This document shows, piece by piece, positions 36,478 through 45,731 of a stretch of DNA of 64,000 bases. Under the pieces are notes generated by a model, which was given only the letters and a program-made list of their open reading frames with translations, made no database searches and was not told where the DNA came from. The first letter of the stretch is position 1. Each line of letters starts with the position of its first letter. The position numbers and the translations under genes were made by a program. Source of the DNA: Candidatus Versatilivorator sp. (lineage in GTDB: Bacteria; Acidobacteriota; Terriglobia; Versatilivoradales; Versatilivoraceae); contig CBDAOQ010000003.1 in assembly GCA_965198125.1 (NCBI GenBank), positions 3,407,953 to 3,471,952 on the forward strand, given 5' to 3'.

Positions 36478-38559
36478 CAGTCCCCAGGGCCATTTCATGC
36501 TGAGTTCTAAGTGACGCAGGTACAAGGTTAGAAAAAAGGGCTGGCTTTTTCGAGGAGAGTTCTGTATATATGGAGGCATGGCGAAAGAGTGTGGAGAGTT
36601 CCGACCGGTGGTGAAAGAAGTAAAGGTACGGTTGGCGTGGCCGAAGGAGCGGCGGCGCTGGGACGCACTGATGGAGGAGCATCATTATCTGGGGTTCAAG
36701 CAATTCGCAGGGCGGGGACTGCGCTACGTAGCGGAGTGGGACGGCCGGTGGGTGGCGCTGGTGGGCTGGCAGGGGGGAGCCTTCAAGTGCGGTCCGCGGG
36801 ACCGGTGGCTGGGTTGGCACAAGGGGGTGCAGTTTCGCCGGCTGCACTTAATCGGAAACAACACGCGTTTTCTGATTCTACCGGAGGGGCAGGGAGTCAA
36901 GAACCTGGGCTCGCACGTATTGGGCCGCAATCTACGGCGGCTGAGCGAGGACTGGGAGCAGACCTGGGGGCACCGGTTGGAGCTGGCCGAGACCTTCGTG
37001 GATCCGAAGCGGTACCAAGGGACGGTGTACCTGGCCTCGAACTGGAAGCGGGTGGGACGGACGCGGGGGTATGGGCGCTCGAACGGGAGCTGGACCGAGC
37101 GGCACGGGGAGCGGAAGGAAATGCTGCTGTATCCGTTGCGGGAGGATGCGCGAGAGCGGTTGCGGGATCCGGAGGACCGGCGGGAGTGGGGCTGCCGGGG
37201 GGTGGCAGTGGACTACGGGAAGGGGGAGTTGCAGTCGTTGCGGAGGCAGTTGGAAGGGGTAGAGGACTTCCGGCGGGCGCAGGGGCGCAAGCACCGGATG
37301 GCGGCGGTGGTGTCGATCTGCGTGCTGGCGCGGCTGGCCGGGAAGGTGGGACCGACGGAGACGGCACGGTTTGCGAAGTCATTGACGCAAGAAGAGTTGC
37401 GGGTACTGGGCACATGGTTCGACCCCAAGGCGAACTGCTGGGTTCCGCCATCGCTGGCGACCATCCACCGGGTCCTGGCACACACGGGCCCGGATTCTCT
37501 GGCGCGGCAGGTGCAGCGCTGGACGGCTCCACGCTGCCGGGAGGGGACGGCCTTTGCCGGGGACGGCAAGCGGATTTGCGGGGCGAACCGTCACGCGCAG
37601 GGGAAGCGGCGCTGGGAGACGGTGACGCTGGTGGAACACGGTTCGGGGCTTCCGGTAGCGAGCCACAGTTTCGGCGAGGAGGGCGGGGAGGTTGCCGCGG
37701 TGCGGGCGCTGCTGGAGGAGGTCGACCTGCGCGGGCGCACGGTCACCCTCGACGCCCTGCACACCTGCCGCGACACCGAGCGGGCCCTGGTCGAGCAGCA
37801 TGGAGCCCACTACCTGCTGACGGTGAAGAACAACTGCCCGGAGACCTGCCGGATGCTGGAGACGGTGGACTGGGAGAGTCGCTCACGGCCTCAGGCGACC
37901 CAAGGCCCGGAGAAGGGGCACGGACGAATCGAGACGCGCAGGATCGACACCTTCTGTCCGCCGCCGGGCCTGTTGCCCTTCTCCCATGCGAAACAAGCCT
38001 TCCGAGTGACCCGGAAACGCTACCTCATCAAGGAGGGCGTCGAGACCGTCAGCTTCGCCTACGGCATCACCTCGGCAGGCCCGCAGCAGGCCGACGCCGC
38101 CCAGTTGCTGGAGTGGAACCGCGGCCACTGGAGCATCGAGAACCGCAACCACTACCGCCGCGACACGGTTTACGGAGAAGACCAGAGCCGGATTCATACC
38201 CATCATGGGCCGGCCAACAACGCCACCATCTCCAACGCCGCGCTGGCGATCGTCCTCCACGCCGGATTCGCCAACGTGCCGGAATCGATCGACCACTATC
38301 AGCAGCACCGGGAGGCCGCGCTGGCGACGATCCTCGCCGACTGAGCCCGGCGAGAGGGACCGAGCCGGGCCGGCAGGCCCGATGCCCGCGCTCCACTGGG
38401 CCTGCAAGGCCCGGACCTGGGTCCAGGCACCTCCAAACCACTCCAATCAGCCTGTCATCCCCCCGAAACTCTACCAGTCTCACCCATTCTTGGCCCAATA
38501 CGGTCTCATAAGGGAGTCGACGTTAGAAGAACAGCATGAAAGGACCCTGCCGCAGTCCC
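36478..38559 (+). mobile_element. IS element (ISAs1-like family) with about 35-bp imperfect terminal inverted repeats
   Basis: Left end GCAGTCCCCAGGGCCATTTCATGCTGAGTTCTAAGTGACG. Right end CGACGTTAGAAGAACAGCATGAAAGGACCCTGCCGCAGTCCC is its imperfect reverse complement. The pair brackets a single transposase gene. Confidence 0.7.
36578..38344 (+). CDS. ISAs1-like DDE transposase with a long N-terminal extension
   Basis: C-terminal HWSIENRNHYRRDTVYGEDQSRIHTHHGPANNATISNAALAIV matches the ISAs1/H-repeat transposase C-terminal signature; 588 aa. Confidence 0.8.
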   Translation: MAKECGEFRPVVKEVKVRLAWPKERRRWDALMEEHHYLGFKQFAGRGLRYVAEWDGRWVALVGWQGGAFKCGPRDRWLGWHKGVQFRRLHLIGNNTRFLILPEGQGVKNLGSHVLGRNLRRLSEDWEQTWGHRLELAETFVDPKRYQGTVYLASNWKRVGRTRGYGRSNGSWTERHGERKEMLLYPLREDARERLRDPEDRREWGCRGVAVDYGKGELQSLRRQLEGVEDFRRAQGRKHRMAAVVSICVLARLAGKVGPTETARFAKSLTQEELRVLGTWFDPKANCWVPPSLATIHRVLAHTGPDSLARQVQRWTAPRCREGTAFAGDGKRICGANRHAQGKRRWETVTLVEHGSGLPVASHSFGEEGGEVAAVRALLEEVDLRGRTVTLDALHTCRDTERALVEQHGAHYLLTVKNNCPETCRMLETVDWESRSRPQATQGPEKGHGRIETRRIDTFCPPPGLLPFSHAKQAFRVTRKRYLIKEGVETVSFAYGITSAGPQQADAAQLLEWNRGHWSIENRNHYRRDTVYGEDQSRIHTHHGPANNATISNAALAIVLHAGFANVPESIDHYQQHREAALATILAD

Positions 38560-38642
38560 GGCACGGCATTGTGCGCCTCGCCCCGCGGTGGTAACATTCG
38601 GTCGACCACAGAGTTGATCTGAAAGATGGAGGAAACCTGACG

Positions 38643-39686
38643 ATGCCCGGCTCCAGCCGCAGAGCACTTCTCAGAAAGATGGGCCTGATGGCCGGGGCCG
38701 CCGCGTTGAATGCCCCGGTCGCCGGATTGGCCGGACCAGGGTCCCCGAGCCGCCCCGACATGGACCGCTTGCGGGAGCGTATCCAGGGCGTTCACTGCTT
38801 CATGGTGACTCCCTTTCATCCCGACGGCAGCCTTAACGCCGAGGGCCTTCGCCGCAACATCGCCCGCCATGCCGATGCCGGTATCCAGGACATGACCATC
38901 GTGGTCGGGGGCGGCATGGGGGAGATCTTCTCCCTGGACCTGCAGGAGCACCGGGCCATGGCGGAAGCCGCGGCCAGGGGCGCCCAGGGCAAGCTGCCGG
39001 TGGTGGTGGGGGCCTGCGGCGGCTACCGCATGGCCGGGATCATGGCCCGTACCGCCCAGGAAGCCGGAGCCGACGCCATCCTCCTGTTCGCCCCTCCATA
39101 CTGGAACTGGATTCCCGGATACGACGAGGGCACCATTCGGTACTTCACCGAGGTGGCCCGATCGATCGACATCGGGGTGGTTCTGGCCACGGTGTCGGGC
39201 CACAATTTTCCCACCGGCAAGGAGAAGTATTGGCCCAAGGTCTTGAGACGTCTCTCCGAGCTTCCCAATGTCCTCGGGTTCGAGGATTCCAGCGGCGACA
39301 TCGCCATGGGACAGGAGCTGGGAACTTTGGTCTCCGACCGGCTGGTCTGGATCGCCCGCGGTGAAGGGCACGCCGTCAAGGCCTTGCCGGCCGGAGCCCG
39401 TGGCAATACCTCGGCGGTGGCCACCTTTGTTCCCAAAGCCTGCCGCGAGTTTTGCCGTCAGGGGCGCATGGGAAAGGTTGAGAGCATGCAGGAGGTCCTT
39501 CGGACGCGGATCCAGCCCATAGCTCGGGTGAGATCCCTCAGTCCCGGGTACCACGTAAGCGGGATCAAGGTGGCCCTGGAGGCCTTGGGTCGGGCCGGCG
39601 GTCCGGTCAGGCCCCCGGGGAGGGCCGTGCTTCCCGAGGACCGGCCCAGGATCGCCGCCATCGCCCGCGAGCATGCCGAGGATTGA
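38643..39686 (+). CDS. dihydrodipicolinate synthase (DapA/NAL) family lyase with Tat-like signal
   Basis: SRRALLRKMGLMAGAAAL twin-arginine-like N-terminus; DapA-family TIM barrel region with the GACGG stretch. Confidence 0.75.
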   Translation: MPGSSRRALLRKMGLMAGAAALNAPVAGLAGPGSPSRPDMDRLRERIQGVHCFMVTPFHPDGSLNAEGLRRNIARHADAGIQDMTIVVGGGMGEIFSLDLQEHRAMAEAAARGAQGKLPVVVGACGGYRMAGIMARTAQEAGADAILLFAPPYWNWIPGYDEGTIRYFTEVARSIDIGVVLATVSGHNFPTGKEKYWPKVLRRLSELPNVLGFEDSSGDIAMGQELGTLVSDRLVWIARGEGHAVKALPAGARGNTSAVATFVPKACREFCRQGRMGKVESMQEVLRTRIQPIARVRSLSPGYHVSGIKVALEALGRAGGPVRPPGRAVLPEDRPRIAAIAREHAED

Positions 39687-39801
39687 ACGCCGGCGGTTGC
39701 TCCGGGAGTGGAGGCCATCCCCACCTGATCCGGAAATCATGCAAGGGACGAGATTCGTGAACCGGCACTACCTTAACTCCGGAAAAAGGATCGGGAGCGG
39801 C

Positions 39802-41727
39802 ATGCGGGCGGTCTGCTCGGGACCGGCGCTGCTGGTCCTGCTACTGGTATCCCATGCCGTGGCCCAGGAAATGCCGGCTCCAATGCCCACCGAGCCGGAG
39901 GCCCACTGGATCTATCCTCTGGGAGGCCGCCAGGGCGCCCGCGTCGAGGCCGAGGTCGATGGCCGGTTGCTGCAAGAAGTGCACGCCGTCTGGTCGCCGG
40001 AGCCGGGCCTGAGGGGCGCCATCCTGGAAGTCCGCCCGGTTTCGGGACAGACGAAGGAAGCCGAGAAAAGCGGTTATGGAGACAAGGGCAAGGCGCCCAC
40101 TCAACGGGTGACCCTCGAGCTGGAGATAGGTCCCGATGTCCCGAGCGGGGTCCACTCCCTCCACCTGGTTTCCGGACGGGGGATGTCCAATCCTCTGAGC
40201 TTCCTGGTCAGTTCCGATCCCGTGGTGGAGGAGTCCGGGGATGGCGGTCGGGGTGCCTCCGAGCCCCAGGCGGTCCGTCCCCCGGTGATCCTCAACGGCA
40301 GGATTTCCCGTAACGCGGAAGTGGACACCTACGCGGTCGAGGTCGCCGCCGGGGAGGACCTCTCTTTCCAGCTCTTCAGCCCGGCTGAGACCTATCGGCC
40401 GATCCTCCAGCTGTACAGGGAAGAGGGAAGCTGGTTGCAGGAAGACAAACCGGCGGAGCTGGAGTTCAGCTACAAGGGAAGTTACAGGGCCTCGCAGGCC
40501 AAGCGCTGGCGCCATCGCTTCAACCGTGCCGGCCGCTACCTGGTCGGAGTGGGGTCGGTCTACGGCAGGGCCGAACCCGAGTTTGTCTATCAGTTTCGCA
40601 TCGTACCGGCTGCCCAGGGGCCGGGATACGACGAATGGCCCGGTTCCGAAGGGCCGGCCAAGTGGAGCGAGCGCCAATACCTCAGGGAGTTGACCCCGAA
40701 CAGGCTGCGCCAGCTCTGGGCGCGTACCGTCAAGGATGCCGGCATTCCAATCCGGTCCGAGGGCGACCCGGGGACGGAGAAGCCGTCGCGGGGGCGCACG
40801 GGCAAATCAGGCTCGCCCGATCCCTCCTCGGAGGGGACAAACCCGGACCCCACGGTCTTCGAGGAAAAAGAGCCCAACGGAGGCCGCGACCAAGCCCTGG
40901 CGGTTTCGCTGCCGGCTCTGATCAGCGGCAGCATCGAAGCCCCTGGGGACGTGGATTTCTTTCGATTTCAACTTTCGGCCGGGCAGACGCTGGTCTTTGA
41001 GGTGGAAACCCCGCGGGTGTCTCCGCCGGCCTTCAGTCCCAGCCTCAAGGTGTTGGATTCCGCCGGCCACCAGTTGTTCGACAACAAGCACCGCAAGATT
41101 GCCCTGACCCGGCAGGACCCCATTTTTCTGGTGGAGCTGCTCAAGCTCCATCTCCCTGACCGGGGAAGCTGCAGCATCGGATCTCTTGCCTTTTTCGAGT
41201 CGCTGGAGGCCAAGATGGTGGCCGAGTTCGGCGTTGCCGGAGAGTACACGCTGCAGATTGGCGATCTGACCTCCGAGCAGGGCCATTCGGTCCATGCCTA
41301 CCGGGTTCTGATTCGCCCCGCCATTCCGCACGTGGGGGAGCTTGAGCTCGAAGGGGATCGAATCAATCTCACACGGGGCCAGGTCAGAACGCTGAAAGTG
41401 ACCACCGGCCTGGAAGAGGGTTATTCGGGCCAGGTGGCCCTGAGCCTGGAAGGCCTGCCTCCCGGGGTGGCGCCCTTGACCGGCACGGAAGTGGAGCTCC
41501 CCAGCCCCATCGGGCCCACCACCGAGAGCCGAAAAAGCTTTCTGGGGTTCAGCGAGAAGGCCGTCATCCTGTTGCGGGCCGATGAGCAGGCGCCGTTGAC
41601 GGACATACCGGTGCGGGTCAAGGTGTGGGCGCGGCCGGCTCTCGACAATGAGCTGGGAGCCCGGCTGCCGGTGGGCGAGTTTCCACTCATGGTGATTGAT
41701 GCGCGGGAACAGGCGTCCGGTTCGTGA
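39802..41727 (+). CDS. secreted hypothetical protein (beta-rich, pre-peptidase C-terminal-like segments)
   Basis: Signal peptide MRAVCSGPALLVLLLVSHAVAQ; long ORF with coding-like composition; no catalytic motif recognised. Confidence 0.5.
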   Translation: MRAVCSGPALLVLLLVSHAVAQEMPAPMPTEPEAHWIYPLGGRQGARVEAEVDGRLLQEVHAVWSPEPGLRGAILEVRPVSGQTKEAEKSGYGDKGKAPTQRVTLELEIGPDVPSGVHSLHLVSGRGMSNPLSFLVSSDPVVEESGDGGRGASEPQAVRPPVILNGRISRNAEVDTYAVEVAAGEDLSFQLFSPAETYRPILQLYREEGSWLQEDKPAELEFSYKGSYRASQAKRWRHRFNRAGRYLVGVGSVYGRAEPEFVYQFRIVPAAQGPGYDEWPGSEGPAKWSERQYLRELTPNRLRQLWARTVKDAGIPIRSEGDPGTEKPSRGRTGKSGSPDPSSEGTNPDPTVFEEKEPNGGRDQALAVSLPALISGSIEAPGDVDFFRFQLSAGQTLVFEVETPRVSPPAFSPSLKVLDSAGHQLFDNKHRKIALTRQDPIFLVELLKLHLPDRGSCSIGSLAFFESLEAKMVAEFGVAGEYTLQIGDLTSEQGHSVHAYRVLIRPAIPHVGELELEGDRINLTRGQVRTLKVTTGLEEGYSGQVALSLEGLPPGVAPLTGTEVELPSPIGPTTESRKSFLGFSEKAVILLRADEQAPLTDIPVRVKVWARPALDNELGARLPVGEFPLMVIDAREQASGS

Positions 41728-41770
41728 GCCAGAGGGACCCTCGGGTGGAATCGGCAGGGTCCGGAGGTGT

Positions 41771-44359
41771 TTCATGGGGAAACCTGATTGGAAGAGACTT
41801 GTCCGGGGGTTGGTGCTGAGCCTCCTGCCGATCCTGGCGCCCGTACAGCTGGAAGCGGAGAAAGATAGCCGACCCCAGTCCGCAGAAGCGGCAGCGAGCC
41901 CGAACGGCTCGGCAGGCTCCGGCCAATTCCGTTCCCCCGAGAGTCTGCGGGACGTTCGCCTGGTTCCCTCTCAGGTGAGGCTGCAAGGGGAAGGGGCCTC
42001 GCAATCCTTCCTGGTGGTGGCCACCGACGCTCGGGGGCTGGAAGTCGATCTTACCTCCGAGTCGCGGTTCAGCCTGTCGGATGACCGGTTGGCAGAGGTC
42101 GGACCCGAGGGGCTGCTGAGAGCGCGCCGGGACGGAGAGGTCAGACTGCGGGCCGAGGTCGCCGGGCGGAGACTGGAGGCAGCGGTTCATATCGAAGGGA
42201 CCGCACGGGCCAGACCCTTCGGCTTCGCTCGCGATGTGGTCGGGGTCTTTACCCGCAACGGTTGCAACGGGAGTGAATGCCACGGCGGAGTGAAAGGCCG
42301 CGGCGGCTTCAAGCTGTCCCTGCATGGTATCAATCCCCGGGAGGACTACCGCTGGACCGTCACGGGCGGGGTCTATCAGGTGTTGTCGCCCAAAGCTGCC
42401 GAGCCCTTTGCCCCCCGGGTCGACCTGAAGGATCCGGAACAGAGCCGATTGCTGCTGAAGCCCACAATGGGGTTGCCCCACGGGGGAGGGCAGCGCTTCG
42501 AGCGGGACTCGGCCGACTACCGGAGGCTGCTGGAATGGATTCTCCAGGGAGCTCCCTACGGTGCCGGCAGCCAGGCGGGGGCGCGGATCGAGCGGCTGGA
42601 GGCCTCTCCGCGTGAAGCGATCATGGAGCCCGGGGCTCGGCGGCGACTGCTGGTGACCGCTTTTCTTGAGGACGGCCGCAGTGAAGACCTGAGTCCCGAG
42701 GTGCTTTACGAGAGCAGCGATCCGGCTGTGGTCGAGGTCAGCCCGGCGGGTGTGGTGCGCGCCCTCAAGCCGGGGCAGGCCAGAGTCTCGGTACGGGCGG
42801 CCGGGAAGCTGGTTCAGGTCCGCTGCGGGGTGATTCGACAACCTCTGGACCACTATCCGGAAGTGGCCAGACGCAATGTCATCGATGACCAGGTCTTCGA
42901 TCGGCTGCGAGAGCTGCACATCCTTCCGGCGGGTCTGTCAAGCGACTCCGCCTTCCTGCGGCGGGTTTGTCTGGACCTGACGGGGACCCTGCCGCCCCCG
43001 GAGCGCGTGCGCGAATTCCTGTCCGACCGGGATCCTCGGAAGCGGGAGCGTCTGATCGAGCGGCTGCTGAACTCGCCCGAATTTGTCGACTACTGGACGT
43101 TCCGCTTCGCCGACTTCTTCCGGGTGGTCTATCGCAATGCCTACAGCTACAAGAGCTGGATCCGGGAAAGCCTGGCCCGCAACAAACCCTACGACCAGAT
43201 GGCCCGGGAACGGGTGGCGTCCCAGGGCAACGGCGGGCCCACCCGGCATTTCATCAAGTCGGTCAGCGGGGAGGTCATGCGTCCCCACGAGAAGATGGGA
43301 GAGGACGTGCGGGTGTTCCTGGGCATACGCCTGGACTGTGCTCAGTGCCACGACCACCCCTATGAGACCTGGACCCAGGATCAGTTCTGGGGAATTACGG
43401 CCTTCTATGGTCAGCTGACCCGAATCCGCACCCCCTCGGTCTTCATGGACGACATTTCCGGGAACGAGGAGCAGCCCGAGGGACCCAAGGTGATTCACCC
43501 TCGCCGCCGGCAGGAAGTGGTGCCCAGCTTCCTGGACGGTTCGCCGGCATCCGCCACGGGCGTTAACCCGCGGGAGCTGTTGGCCGACTGGATGACGGCG
43601 CCGGAGAACCCCTATTTCAGCCGGGCCATCGTCAACCGGGTGTGGGCCAACTTTTTCGGAAAAGGACTGGTCGAGCCGGTGGACGATTTCAGGCCCGGCA
43701 ACCCTCCCAGCCACCCCGAGCTGCTGGAGGCCCTGGCCGAGGATTTTCGGCGCAGCGGCTTCGATCTCAAGCATCTGATGCGCACCATCGCCCGATCCGG
43801 AACCTATCAGCTTTCCGGAGACTTCAACCCGACCAACCGGGAGGATGAGATCAACCACTCCCGGGCCCTGCCTCGCCGATTGGACGCCGAGATCCTGCTG
43901 GATGCCATTTCACAAGTGACCGGCATCGAGGAGGCCTTTGCCGTCCACAATTATGTGCGTGGGGGCACCGAGCCCAAGGGGACGCGAGCCATTGAGCTGG
44001 TACCCGAAGTCACTCCCTCCCAGTTTCTGGAAGTCTACGGGAGACCCGTCAGCCGGGACAGCATGCCCTGGCGCGACTACCGTTCCACGCTCAGGCAGGC
44101 CCTCCACCTGCTGGTTGGCTCCACCTACACCACCAAGATCGGGGCCGAGGGAGGCCGGGTCGATCGACTCCTGTCGGACGGCGCCTCCGACCGGGAGATC
44201 GTTCGGGAACTCTATCTGGCCGCCCTGTCCCGCTATCCCACGGCGGAAGAGGAAGCCCGGCTCCAAGCCCTGATCGAGGGATCTCCATCGCGCCGGAAGG
44301 GTGTCGAAAACCTGGCCTGGGGGTTGCTCGCCTCGCGGCAGTTCACCTATAATCACTGA
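41771..44359 (+). CDS. PSCyt1/PSCyt2 (DUF1549)/PSD1 (DUF1553) domain protein
   Basis: CNGSECHGG (PSCyt1-type heme-like motif), LDCAQCHDHPYE (DUF1549 CxxCHDH motif), C-terminal DUF1553-like region, signal peptide. Confidence 0.8.
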   Translation, partial: FMGKPDWKRLVRGLVLSLLPILAPVQLEAEKDSRPQSAEAAASPNGSAGSGQFRSPESLRDVRLVPSQVRLQGEGASQSFLVVATDARGLEVDLTSESRFSLSDDRLAEVGPEGLLRARRDGEVRLRAEVAGRRLEAAVHIEGTARARPFGFARDVVGVFTRNGCNGSECHGGVKGRGGFKLSLHGINPREDYRWTVTGGVYQVLSPKAAEPFAPRVDLKDPEQSRLLLKPTMGLPHGGGQRFERDSADYRRLLEWILQGAPYGAGSQAGARIERLEASPREAIMEPGARRRLLVTAFLEDGRSEDLSPEVLYESSDPAVVEVSPAGVVRALKPGQARVSVRAAGKLVQVRCGVIRQPLDHYPEVARRNVIDDQVFDRLRELHILPAGLSSDSAFLRRVCLDLTGTLPPPERVREFLSDRDPRKRERLIERLLNSPEFVDYWTFRFADFFRVVYRNAYSYKSWIRESLARNKPYDQMARERVASQGNGGPTRHFIKSVSGEVMRPHEKMGEDVRVFLGIRLDCAQCHDHPYETWTQDQFWGITAFYGQLTRIRTPSVFMDDISGNEEQPEGPKVIHPRRRQEVVPSFLDGSPASATGVNPRELLADWMTAPENPYFSRAIVNRVWANFFGKGLVEPVDDFRPGNPPSHPELLEALAEDFRRSGFDLKHLMRTIARSGTYQLSGDFNPTNREDEINHSRALPRRLDAEILLDAISQVTGIEEAFAVHNYVRGGTEPKGTRAIELVPEVTPSQFLEVYGRPVSRDSMPWRDYRSTLRQALHLLVGSTYTTKIGAEGGRVDRLLSDGASDREIVRELYLAALSRYPTAEEEARLQALIEGSPSRRKGVENLAWGLLASRQFTYNH

Positions 44360-44370
44360 GGGATGCGCCT

Positions 44371-45705
44371 ATGGACCTGTCAATCGATCAGCTTGGCTGC
44401 TGCCGGCCCCGCCGGGAATTCCTCAGAGTCGGCGCTCTCAGCCTGCTGGGTCTGAGCCTGCGGCAGTACTTGGCCCTGGAAGCTGCCACCTCGCCTGCTG
44501 CCCGTTCGCGGAAAAAAGCCCAGGCCTGCATACTGCTGTGGCTGGAGGGTGGGCCCTCCCAGATCGACACCTGGGACCCCAAGCCCCACAGCCCATTCAA
44601 AGCCATTTCCACCCGGGCCGACGGCGTTCAGATCTCGGAGCTCTTTCCCCGGGTCGCCGGCCACATGGACAAGTTGGCCATTGTCCGCTCCATGCACACC
44701 GAGGAGAACAACCACCCTCAGGGCACCCACTACGCCCTGACCGGCCACCGGCCCAATCCGGCCTTGAAGTTTCCCAGCCTGGGTTCGATCATCTCCAAGG
44801 AGTTGGGGCCGAGGAACAACCTTCCGCCCTACATGATGGTCCCGGAGCACCAGGAGACCGATTTCTTTTCCTACATGGATGCCTACACCTCGGCCTTTTT
44901 GGGCTCGGAATACGATCCCATCATTCTGCCCGATCCCAGCAAGGAGTCCTTTCAGATTCCGGACCTGTCCTTGCCCGATACGCTGACGGCTGCCGATATT
45001 GCCGACCGCCGGTCGTTTCTGCAGGCGGTGGACCTTGGGTTCCGCCGGAAGGAGAAACATGCCGAATTCGGCAAGATGGACCGCTTCACCAACCAGGCCC
45101 TGACCATGCTGCTGTCGCCCAGCGTCAAGCAGGCCTTCGATCTGTCCCAGGAGTCGGACCGGACCAAGGAGGCCTACGGACGCACCCGAGTCGGTCAAAG
45201 CGTGCTGCTGGCTCGCCGCCTGGTGGAAGCCGGCTGTCGCTTTGTGACCACCTCCGGATACGCTCACGGGGCCTGGGACACCCACAAGGACAACGACCAG
45301 AGGCTGCGGGACAATCTGGCTCCCACCCTGGACCAGACCCTTTCCGCCTTGCTGGAGGACCTGCAGCAGCGCGGGCTGCTGGACTCCACCGTGGTGCTGG
45401 CCATGGGCGAGTTCGGCCGCACCCCCCACCTGAATGCCAACAATGGGCGGGATCACTATCCGGACTGCTGGTCGTTGATATTGGGGGGTGGAGGCATTCA
45501 GGGCGGGCGAGTGGTGGGCGCCAGCGACGAGCAGGGCGCCCAGGTGGCTGAACGGAGGGTCACCATGGGCGACCTCTTTGCCACCATCTACAAGGCCATG
45601 GGCATCGATTGGACCAAGGAGTACGTCAACCCCGGGGGCCGTCCTCTCTATATCGCCAACTCCATCGACGACGTCATGGGGCAGCCGCTCCACGAACTGG
45701 TGTAA
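44371..45705 (+). CDS. DUF1501 domain protein (sulfatase-like) with Tat signal
   Basis: RREFLRVGALSLLGL Tat motif; typical partner of DUF1549/DUF1553 proteins. Confidence 0.85.
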   Translation: MDLSIDQLGCCRPRREFLRVGALSLLGLSLRQYLALEAATSPAARSRKKAQACILLWLEGGPSQIDTWDPKPHSPFKAISTRADGVQISELFPRVAGHMDKLAIVRSMHTEENNHPQGTHYALTGHRPNPALKFPSLGSIISKELGPRNNLPPYMMVPEHQETDFFSYMDAYTSAFLGSEYDPIILPDPSKESFQIPDLSLPDTLTAADIADRRSFLQAVDLGFRRKEKHAEFGKMDRFTNQALTMLLSPSVKQAFDLSQESDRTKEAYGRTRVGQSVLLARRLVEAGCRFVTTSGYAHGAWDTHKDNDQRLRDNLAPTLDQTLSALLEDLQQRGLLDSTVVLAMGEFGRTPHLNANNGRDHYPDCWSLILGGGGIQGGRVVGASDEQGAQVAERRVTMGDLFATIYKAMGIDWTKEYVNPGGRPLYIANSIDDVMGQPLHELV

Positions 45706-45731
45706 CTGGCCGGTAGTTCCTTCCTTTTCCC

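Noticed and set aside
36589-38511. 640-aa alternate-frame ORF inside the IS element
   Set aside because: Same strand, shifted frame relative to the transposase. Extremely Ala/Gly/Arg/Pro-rich with no motifs. The transposase frame carries the ISAs1 signature.
44380-45693. 437-aa minus-strand ORF
   Set aside because: Antisense to the DUF1501 gene, which has a Tat signal and conserved family features.
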